NCBI GenBank assembly: GCA_030704615.1
Contig: CM060734.1
Span: forward strand, 23,808,001 to 23,872,000
Source of the DNA: Takakia lepidozioides
Lineage: Eukaryota > Plantae > Bryophyta
Direction of reading: 5' to 3'
DNA length: 64,000 bases
The translations under genes and the position numbers were made by a program. The first letter of the stretch is position 1. Every line of letters starts with the position of its first letter. The notes beneath the pieces were generated by a model, which saw nothing but the letters and a program-made list of their open reading frames with translations, did not search any database and was not told the origin of the DNA. Positions 38,727 to 49,067 of this stretch are shown in pieces.

Positions 38727-41040
38727 TGTCATGGTTTTAGTCATGGTTATCTAGAATTACCTACTTCTAGTTAACTAGGACATTTGAGATATTTATATTT
38801 ATATTTTGTGTGTTGTGACTTCATTTGGTCTCACATGTCAAGTGAGGTGTCGAGCCTCACTTGAGACATGAAGATAGGTTTTCCCCTTGTGAGTGTTGAG
38901 GAAGCTCATCTTCTTGTAGTTGAGCCTCCATGAGCTTCTCTCACCTCCATAGCTCTAGGTATTGAGAGGGAGTGTGTTGAGGGCTTTGTAGGGTGGATTC
39001 CTTTAGCAAAGGTGTCATTGGCTTGACTTAGTTTATGTGATAGAGTGGATTTCACTTGGAAGGACTAGGGCTTGTTCTTCATGTGATTGTTTCATGCTTT
39101 GAGAGCTTTCATTGTCTTCTACTTCTCTCATTTCTCATCTCTTATCACTACAAGAAGATCATCTTATGCTTGTGAGTGCAGAGTGTAAGGATTAATTTTG
39201 CACTTGTATTTTAAAGAGGTTGAGAGCTAGGAGAATTTAGCTCTTGTATCACAAGGCTTGCAAGGGGTTGCAAGGAAAGGTGCTCGAGTATTGCATGCAC
39301 CAAGGAGTTGGAGAGCTTGAGAAGAAAGCTCTTGAGTCACAAGATTTTGCAAGGATTGTAAGGAGGAAGTCTTGTGTGTGTGGAAGCATGGATTCTAGGG
39401 TTTGAGAATCCTTTGTATGCATTATGGAGTCGATGGTGTGCGCCATGGCTTGTGGAGAGTGACTAAAGGCTTGTTAGTGCTCATTTCACTATCAAGCTAG
39501 GGTTAAGCAAGTTCAAAGTGTGGATGTTGTGGAAGAGAAGCCAAGGAGCTATATATGCTTGGGCTTGAAGACAACAAGGGCAAGCACTTGGAGAGCACAA
39601 AGAAGCTCAAGAGGTTTTGAAAGGGAGCATGTGAAGAAATCTTCCAATCATGGTGGTGTGGAGCCAAGCTTAGGGTGCCATTGGAAGGGCTTGGAGAACA
39701 TGTGGTGGGAAATCCTTGAAGGGAAATCATCATTCAATGTATGCATAGCTTCACCCTAACTATGTAATGTGACAAGAGGGGGAGGCAATACTTGGCTATT
39801 CATGCTCTTGGTAGTGCGAGCTTTGTGGTGGATAGTTGACCAAGCAAGTGGTGCATGTGTGGAGCATGCTCGCTTGAGTTTGTAAGTTCAAGTTTGAGAA
39901 GGGGAGCTCTTGAACTAGCAAGAGGTGAAGGCCTTTGAGATCCATTTTGTGTGTGAAGTGGAGAGGTGTTGATTCATGTTATGATGAAGGAGAGCAACAC
40001 ATAGGCCAAGAGGTCATGGAACATGCATTCAAATGACCACGGGGAGCACATGGATGATGGATTGGTGCAAGACCCCAAATGAGGCATATGGCGTGAGAGT
40101 GGGATCCAAGGCGGATTGCTTGGGAGCATTATTGTAAGTGACAAGCATTGCTCCTACAAATTGAGATAATTTGTGTTGATTTGGAGCAATTGTCAAGTGA
40201 TGAGGAGACAAATGCATGATTGCTCGGCAATGGAGATATGGTAGTTTGCAATCAAATCCCAAGGACTAGAAGGGGGATTGATTTGGTGGACAATGACTTG
40301 CAAGTTGAGTTGGACCACTCTTGGTTGCACATTGGGGTGGAAGAGAGCAAGAAGATGCCTCTTATGACCACCTAGAGACCATATTTTTGCTTGAGTAGAA
40401 GCATAGAAGTCAAGGACTTGCATTCTAGCTCTTCAGTACAAACCCTAGTAGTGTATGCTTAGACTATACCTCTGTTAGTATACCAAACATGAGCTTGTCC
40501 CTTTGACTATACCTCTGTTGAGGTATCACCATATGTGAACCCTAATGTAAGACTATACCTCTGTTAGTATACCAAACAAGAGCTTGTCCATTTTACTATA
40601 CCTCTATTGAGGTATCACCATATGTAAACCCTAATCAGCTCATACTATACCTCTGTTAGTATACCAAACAGGAGCTTGTCCCTTTTACTATACCTCTGTT
40701 GAGGTATCACCATATGTGGACCCTAATCAGCTCAGACTATACCTCTGTTAGTATACCAAACAGAACCCTCATTTTCAGACTATACCTTTGTAAAGGTATC
40801 ATCAACATAAGGGACCCTAGTAACCTCAGACTATACCTCTGTTAAGGTATCAACAGTGAAAGGACTTAGTGAAATTTAAGGGCCTTTGGAGGATTGTTTG
40901 GAAGATATTTGAGGGTCCTTGGAGGAGTATTTGGAGGATCTTTGGGGTCCTTGGAGGACCCTTCGAGGAGCTTTGGTGGACAATGTTGAAGAGCTCTTGA
41001 AGGATTGATTGAGGGATATTGAAGGATACTTGCCACGACC
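38727..41040. mobile_element. LTR-like non-coding repeat 'X' (solo LTR or non-autonomous element)
   Basis: Begins TGTCATGG exactly where chromovirus RT homology ends. Its first ~175 bp recur at 48022-48197. Possible end CCACGAC at ~41039. Right boundary uncertain. Confidence 0.55.
40462..40851. repeat. Nine-copy ~45-bp repeat with A/B alternation (~90-bp higher-order unit)
   Basis: ACTATACCTCTGTTAGTATACC alternates with ACTATACCTCTGTTGAGGTATC. Confidence 0.9.
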
Positions 41041-43629
41041 ATACAAGCGAGTGGATAGAGACAGGAGGGAGAGTGGTGGGATGAGAGCATTCTGGGGTTA
41101 GGAATTGCTTTAGTTTCTCTTCTCCATGGTCTTTCACCCTCTCTGTAGGCCAAAACCTTTCCGTAGGTGGAGGCAAGAGTCAGTCCAGGTTTGGGCTGGG
41201 GTGTCCTTGCAGGAGCGACACTGTGGAGTGTTTTTGGTGTGGGGGAGTTGCTGTCTTGATTTTCTTGTGTTTGGATCCCCTCCACACCTGCATGCTTGAT
41301 TGTGCACCATGTTAGCTTTGTGTAGGCGCTTGTTTTCATAGGAGGTTGGTCCGGATTTGATCACCGGCCAATCCTAGAGTATGCTGTCGGTGGTGAGGCT
41401 GGAGTGATGACCAGCAAGACCACCAGTGTTTCTTCTATGGTGAGGCTGGGTTGATGACCAGCAGACCATAGGAGTGCTTGCGGTGGATGCAGGTGTAGGT
41501 ACAGGTCTACGTTAGAAACCTATTATTCATGCCTGAACCAGTAGCCGCAACAAGTTCTCTACCCGGTTACCTTGTAGAAAGTGGGGATTAGAGACAGGTT
41601 GACAACCGGTTGGGTTGTGAATTTTCATCACGGAGGTGCCACCAGCTGCTGAGGGGAGTGCCGGTACGAGCACTAGCGATACTAGTGGGTACACAAGACG
41701 AGGTGTGCGGTTTAGGCCACTTTCACTTTCAGTGTCTTCTGAGAAAGGTTCAGACTCGGAGTCAGGAGGATTCTCGCCGAGGGTGCAAGTAATTTCCGTG
41801 CCATTGTTGTGGGACACGATGGAAGAGATGTATGGAGCTATCAAGGGGCCACGTAGGTACTCTGGAGCTGTGGGCACCATCGAGCTTGATGACTTTATAC
41901 AAGAGTTTGACAGTTGGTGTGATTTGCAGCAAATGCGCAATCCACAACTGTTTACGCCCTTTATGGCGTGGAAGGGGCTATTCTAGCACCTTGAGGGGCC
42001 GCCCATGGATGATTACCATGAATTTAGGCGGGGACATGCGGTGGAGATTGAGGAGTGGCGAGAGTATTGGTCACCTAACTATGTCTCAATCACTAGAGGC
42101 ACAAGGGCAGCGGTGACACCAGCAGCTACACAAACATCTCCAACTACAAGCACTAGTAGTGGAACAAGTAGTGCCGGTACTTCTTCAGGTGGTACCAGTT
42201 CAAAAGGTGCTACTACTCCTCCTGCCACGACTACAACACATGTGCCTAGATTCAACCCAGTGATGGAGTTCTTCCAGGAGTTGCGAAGGAACTACCAAGG
42301 TGTACGGACAGAGAAGCTGCGAAGTTTGCAAGACTTCCAGCGCAAATCCAGTGAGAGCTTGTGAGAGGCCTACACTCGTATGAGACGCTTGATAAATGTG
42401 ACCCAAGGGGTTACTGAAGCTCAAGCAGTCCAGTTCTGGTATGGAATTTTGGACAAGGAGCTCAGGAGAAGGGTGCGGGATGTAACCCTGTTACAAGCGG
42501 CCCAACCCACATTAGCAGATATGTTTCTGCTGGCTGAGCGGATTGAGCTCAACATGGTGGAGGAGCGAGTTGTTACCATTGGATTTGGCAAGGACATGCC
42601 TGCACGAGGCGCAGCTGCCAGCCAACAGGTACAAGGGACTGCCCAACAGCGTGGTCAGGGGGGCAAGGTTGCCCAACCCAAATTCCATGGAGCTTACAGG
42701 GGACCTCAGGTGCAGAGGCCAGTAGCTTTTTTTGCAGGCCAATAGCAACTAGGGGTGGTATGTTGGACATGTGGAGGACCCCATGTCAAGAAAGATTGCC
42801 CAAAAAGTAGCAAAGGGTCGGCATAAGCACAGCCTGCATAGTTGCAGTGTGGGCATTGTGGCAAGTATGGGCATGGAGATGCCCAGTGTTATGACTTGCA
42901 CCCTGAGTTGCGGCGAGGCCAGTTCCAAGGGAACAATGGTGGCCAAGGGCGAGGTAGAGCACCTCAGAGAGGACAAGGTGCTCCAGCACGAGGTGCAGGA
43001 CGAGGGCAAGCACAGTATGGCCAAGGACGTGGAGGTCAGGGCGTTGACCAAGGTATGGCCAACCGGCTTCAGCAGCTAGAGATCATCCTATAGATGGCTC
43101 AGTGATGCGAGCCAAGGCCATTGTGACAGACGCAGTCTCTTATGATATCCTCGTTGGTGGGGCAGTGTTGTATCCCATGGGCTTCACCCTGGATTTTTGG
43201 GAGGAGTCAGCATCCTATAGGCCTAGATGGCAGTCAAGGGATGGTCGTCGTGTACAGCTCCCTGTGACGTTCATTGGGGGTGTTGTTGCTGCCCAACGGG
43301 GCAAGATGCCAACACTAGCAGCCTTCACAGCTGTAGTTAGTTGGCCTAGAGAGTTGCTGGAGGGCAATGCCCATGCAAAGGATGTGTCACCTCCAGCAAA
43401 GCAGCATGACATGCATGGTACGACGGAGTTGTCTGCCATGGTTGCTCACACTTCATTGTGGGGTACGAGCAAGGATTTGCAGCAGGCTGCTGATAGACGG
43501 GTGCAACAAGCCTGGGTAGAGGCCTTTGTACCGTCAGGAGAGGAGGAGAGTGCGGTGATTGCACCAGGACCACCTCAGTTGTCACCATTGGACACCACAC
43601 CTCTTGTGTGGCAGTGCCCGGATGAAGGC

Positions 43630-44590
43630 ATATGCCTTCTGGACTTGTTTGGCGGGATCAGCACTGGATTGGCTGCATTGCTGCAGGCAGGTGTACGAGT
43701 TCGACGTTACCTATATGTGGAGAGGGATGAAACTGCATGACGCGTCTCACTGCGCCATGTTGCTCAGTTGGTGCAGCAGTACCCTGATTTGTTGCTAGTG
43801 TCTGCAGTTCGTGGATACCAACAAGCCTTGCCAGTAGACATCTCCTTGCTGCGGGCGCATGATTTGGAGCGGGTTGGCCCTATTCACTTAGTAGTGGCAG
43901 GTTGGCCCTGCCAATGGCTTTCATCAGCTGGGTATGGCAATGGGTTATAAGACTCAAGGTCACGCCTTTTTTGGGAGATGTTGAGGGTCCTGCACTATTT
44001 ACAGCTTCAGCAGACCGACTCTCCGGCATATATCTTGGAGAATGTGCCATTGATGGGTGATTCTCGGGCCAAGGTGATGGCCAGTGTACATCAAGTGCGG
44101 TCTTGGCTTGGGTCAGTAGTGTTGCTGGATGCAGCAGCAGTGGGGTCACGGGCTCATCGCCCACGACTATGGTGGACCAACTTGATGCCACCTGCATTCC
44201 TCAAGCGTGCATTTGATGGGGTGCAGCGGCCACCAAACCTGACGGTGGATAGCATTTTGGACATAGAAAGGCAATCTCAGCGTGTGAGACACGATGACCG
44301 ATCACCTTTGGCAGTGGTCAATAAGGTGGGTCACCCACAAGCAGCATTGCCTATACTGCTCAGCTTTCCAGGATCTCATGCTTTCCGGGATGGTGGACCT
44401 GGCCTCTTGTGAGATAGCTAGTTGCAGCAATTAGTGGAGCCCAATGCTGACGAGCGCGAGCGGGCGATGGGTTTTACCACTGGTACCACGGCGGTGCCAT
44501 CTCTTTCTGAGGCATCCCGTCGTCAGGTGTTGGGGCAAGCAATGGACCTCAATTGCTTGACCTGGATTATCAGCTTAGCTATGGCTGAGC
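43630..44590 (+). pseudogene. DNMT3-like C5-cytosine DNA methyltransferase domain (copy 2; several point stops, no frameshift)
   Basis: LDLFGGISTG, YVERD, LVVAGWPCQ, YILENV, RAHRPRLWWTNL, ERERAMGF, RRQVLGQAMDLN, all in one frame. Confidence 0.92.
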
Positions 44591-47533
44591 AGCGCAGAGT
44601 ATGGAGTACACTTCCCTTGATAGTCTCTCTGCCTACCGAGACGGTACAAGCAGCGAGTGGGGGCAAACAGGTGAGGACCATGAGGTGCAGGCCGCATCCA
44701 TGGCACACGTGGGAGGTGCTCGAGGTTCAGAAGGAGTTGGCAGCCAAGGCGGCGGTGATGGATGAGGTTGGGGATTTTTCTCGGGTTGAGGAGGTCCTCA
44801 AGGATGGGATGATGGGGCAGGATGAGACATTGTCACTGACAGAGCAAGCAGTGGTCACTGCTCAAGAGGTTACAGCATAGCAACCATGAGACGTGTCTTC
44901 TACCTCTAAGCCTGTTGGACTCAAGGTTGCAGTCACGGAGGACAACTGGGAGCCTGATGTTGGACCCATAGTCACCGGAGGAAAGAGATGACGTATACGG
45001 CGGTTCTTGAGGGCTTACAGGAACTGCTTTGCCTTTAGTTTGAAGGACTTAGGAGCACTGAAGGGTCAAGAGATTTGCATTGAATTGGCTACTGACACGC
45101 CAATCTTTCGGAGACCCTATAGATACAGTGACATGGAGAGGTCCTTGATTCAGATGAGAACTCAGGACCTTTGGGAGGCTGGTTTGGTGGAACTATCTGG
45201 GGGAGAGTATACTTCAGCCACAGTGATGTCAGTCAAGAAGGATGTCTATGGCAATTGGACGGAGAGACGTATGTGCGGTGATTACCGGCCTGTAAATCGT
45301 CAGACCAAGTCCAATAGGTATGCCATGCCGACTCCAGAGGAGATTTTTGATGCCATTGGGCATGCCAAGGTCTTTAGCACTTTGGATTTACGATCCGGAT
45401 ATCACTAGTTGTCGATCAAGGAGGCGGATAAGCAGAAGACGACATTCTGGGGGAAGGATTGCCTACCAGTGGCGGTTCTTACCATTTGGGCAGAAGAACC
45501 TCCTACAGTTTCGAGAGTCGGACAGGATTCTAGCAGGGGTGGAATTTGCTCGGTGCTACATAGATGACATCATCATCTTTAGTGCTATGGTGGAAGAGCA
45601 TGAGAGACACCTTCAGGTGATATTTGAGCGCTTGAGGGCGCACGGATTGAAGTTACATCCGGGGAAGTGCAAGTTTTTCCACAACCAAATTGAGTATCTG
45701 GGTCACATGATATATCCTGGAGGATTGGGGGTACATCAGACTAAGGTAGAGTCCATTGCACAGATTCCACGCCCCACGGATGTGAGCCGAGTTCGAGATT
45801 TCATGGGGTTAGCAAACTATTATAGACGTTTTGTTAAGGGATTTAGTGCCATTGCAAAGGCTATAACCAAGCTGACCAAGGTGGACCAAGAGTGGCACGG
45901 ATCACCAATCACTCAAGTGGTTGATGGAGTCAGACAAGCTTACGAGGAAGCTTGCACGGTGGGCACTCATCCTTCAAGAGTATGACTTTCAGGTTGTGCA
46001 TCGACCGGGTTTGGTCAATCGGGATGCAGATGGGTTGAGTCGCAATCCATGCACGAGCCAGCAGGATGATACTGGAGCTCGGTGGCATGGTGAGACGGAC
46101 GAGGAGATGGTGCCCGGATGGCATGCATCTGCATTTCTGTGTATCTTGGCAACGGAAGGCCATGTTGGACCTACAACAGGAATGACTGTAGACCGAGTGT
46201 CTGAGGACCCTGAGGCCAGCAATGAGCAAGGTAGCGCCAAAGATATACATGAGGATTCAATTGTATTGGACTACCTTCGCACTGGAGACACGGCAGCCAC
46301 TGTGACTGCCAAGGAGAGGGATCGGATCCTACAACAAGCCAAGAGGTTCAAGCGGGAGGGGACACACCTGCTCCGAGTGTGGGAGGATGGTCAAGTGAGG
46401 ATTGTGCCTCACCCAACACAGCGGGCACGGTTAGTGCGGCATGCCCATGAGGAGTTGGGGCATTTTGGGGTGCGACGCACTCATAGTCTACTGCAAGGGC
46501 AGTATTGGTGGCGTGGTATGCACACAGAGGTGCAACAATTGCTAGGTGCATGGTGTGTGACAGGGTGCGTGCTTCATTCAACGCCCCTCTCCACATTGCA
46601 CCCCTCTCCCGATCATGGGATTGGGCTACAGGTGGAGTCTTGACTTCGCAGGGCCGTTGTCACTGACCATGCGCCACAACAAGTACATGTTGGTGATGGT
46701 GGAGCACTCTCCAAGTGGATCGAATTGGTTCCATTGCCTGATAAGGCTAGTGAGGGAGCTGCGTATGCATTCTTGGATTGTGTACTTAGCCGATTCAGTG
46801 CTCCAGCTGAGGTACTCACGGACCAAGGGAGAGAGTCTTTGGGGGAGTTTCAGGCGTTGTGTGACAAGGCCTTGGTAGACCACCGCACCACTTCTCGGGA
46901 TCATCCTGAGGCCGATGGCTTGGCAGATATGGTTGTTCAGACAGTGAAGGGGTTTGCGCAAGTATGGCTTGCAGAAGGGACACCTAGGAGATTGGGACCT
47001 TCAGTTACCATGGTTAGCCATGGGCTACAGGTTTCAGCAAGCAAGCATCACTTGCCTTCTTCTCACCATACTTTCTTCTCTTTGGCCGAGAGTCGGATTT
47101 GCCTGCATCCATTCATAGAGAAGCTGCTACAGTTCTCAACCTTGACGATCCGGACATGTGGGCACGTGCATGTGATCAGCGTGCAGAGTTGTTCAAGAAA
47201 GTCATGCCCATGGCTTTCGAGACCTTGCCATTGCACAACATCGTGATACGTTGAGGTATGCTACCATACGTGGTGGGGCTATCGTCATGGGGTCGGAGAT
47301 TTAACCCTGGTAACTATGTTTATCTGCAGCAGACTGCTCCTACGACCTTGGATGTGACTGCAGGACGTACTATTTTGAGGGTTCGAGAGGTATTGCCCTC
47401 AGGAGTCCTGATCTTGGAGGGTCGGATGGCATGATTTGGGAAGGACCATGTGCGTAATTGCGCGCCATGTCACCTTCCAAATGTTGATGGAAGGGTTGAC
47501 CCAAACCTGGCAGTGGTACCTGCAAGTTTGAGG

Positions 47534-47677
47534 TGCATGTTGTGTGGGTCTGCTAGAGGGGCAGCCACCATGCTGGTGTGTGATCAATGCTCTAGAGGTT
47601 GGCATATGGGATGCTTGACTCCACCTCTTGAGATGGTTCCTGATGGGGATTGGTTATGTCCGCATTGCATTGGATAG
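47534..47677 (+). other. PHD finger (C4HC3) at the integrase C-terminus of copy 2
   Basis: CMLC..MLVCDQCSRGWHMGCLTPPLEMVPDGDWLCPHC followed by a stop. Confidence 0.92.
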
Positions 47678-48021
47678 TGGGAGTGGATACAACCATGGAA
47701 GGCTAACAAGAAATGCAAGGCCAAGCTACTAGGAGACCAACATACGAGATCCTGACTCAAGTTCACAGATTGCAAGACGGCAACTAACGATGGGGTTGCT
47801 CTTGTACCCGGCCTCTTGGTCTATAGAGTTTGAGTACAATAGGGACAGTGATAGAGGACTTAGTATAGCTGTGGCTATTACATCTTGTAGCTATTTGGAG
47901 TTAGAGGGACCTAACCACCAGCTAGGGGGGCGATTGTGGTATAGCTTTCTAGGATTGTGTGCTTAGATTGTGTGGTGGACAACGATGTATGTTGTGGCAC
48001 GATGCTTAGGTGCACGACAGC

Positions 48022-48197
48022 TGTCATGGTTTTAGTCATGGTTATCTAGAATTACCTACTTCTAGTTAACTATGACATTTTAGATATTTATATTTATATT
48101 TTGTGTGTTGTGACTTCATTTGGTCTCACATGCCAAGTGAGGTGTCGAGCCTCACTTGAGACATGGAGATAGGTTTTCCCCTTGTGAGTGTTGAGGA
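48022..48197. repeat. Truncated second copy of repeat X
   Basis: Near-identical to 38727-38902. Confidence 0.9.
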
Positions 48198-48608
48198 GGT
48201 ATTTTGAAAAAGCCAGACCAGCCCACTGCTTGGTATTTTTCCAAGTCAAAACAGTGTGCAAAGGTCTTGCTTTCATAACTAGGTATGTCCAAAAGTACTA
48301 CTTGGTACTTTCAAACTTATAATAGCGTAACCAGGCCTGTTTTAAACTCAATGATTAATTCCAAAGATACTGCTTGGTACACCTAAAGCAGCCATTATGT
48401 AATCTGAAAAGCCATCAAGCAAAAACAGCTTAGACAGTTTTGTTTTAAACTCAGAGAGTAGTTCCAAAAACCTGCTTCATAACTCAGACCAGACGGTGGT
48501 AATTTGGCAAAGCCCTTCTATACATCTGCTTGCTATTCTTCAAGCTAAAACAGTATGAATATATCTGCCTTAAACAAGTTAAAACAGTAAAACCAGTGTA
48601 TAGCTTTC

Positions 48609-48693
48609 TAACACAAAACACTCCACAACGGGAGTTTCCCCTTTCGTATTGGTCTATGGAAAAGCACCTTTGGTGCCGACAAGTTGGGCCGCC
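48609..48693 (+). mobile_element. 85-bp chromovirus integrase fragment
   Basis: Matches 32073-32157 (NTEHSATGVSPFVLVYGKAPLVPTSWAA). Confidence 0.85.
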
Positions 48694-49067
48694 ATTCAGG
48701 CCTTTTGGTGACCTGCTCCACATTACAAAAACAGTAGACCAGTTAGAAATGTAACAGAATCTTCAACCGCAGAATTTGAAACAAAGAGACAATGGAAAAG
48801 AAGACAACGAACGGAAAATTTACTTCTGCATGGAGGCAAATCTCAAAAATACTGTTCCGCTAGACCTGCTTTCAACCTTGCGTCAACGCAAGGTTGGGAC
48901 ATGCCTGGAGAAGTAGCATACAACCAACAGGGATATGGTAATAGAGTACACAATCATCAGCCCGAATCAACCTTGCGTTGACGTAAGGTTGATTCGAGTA
49001 CGAAAAACGCAACCAAGAAACACCCAACTCAAGAAACATGATACCTGTACAAGACTCGTTTCATAGC

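Larger units (their letters stand above)
41041..48021 (+). mobile_element. DNMT-encoding Ty3/gypsy LTR retrotransposon, copy 2 (Gag-PR'-DNMT-RT-RH'-INT-PHD)
   Basis: LTR end GCCGCAACA at 41552. Gag frame 41636-43093 with knuckles CWTCGGPHVKKDC and CGHCGKYGHGDAQC. RT RMCGDYRPVN, LDLRSGYH, YIDD. Integrase HHCC, SLDFAGP, TDQG. PHD finger. PPT-like AGGGGGG before TGTGGTAT at ~47935. Left boundary approximate. Confidence 0.92.

Noticed and set aside
40462-40851. CRISPR-like array of palindromic repeats
   Set aside because: Spacers are themselves repeated, there are no cas genes, and the context is a eukaryotic TE.
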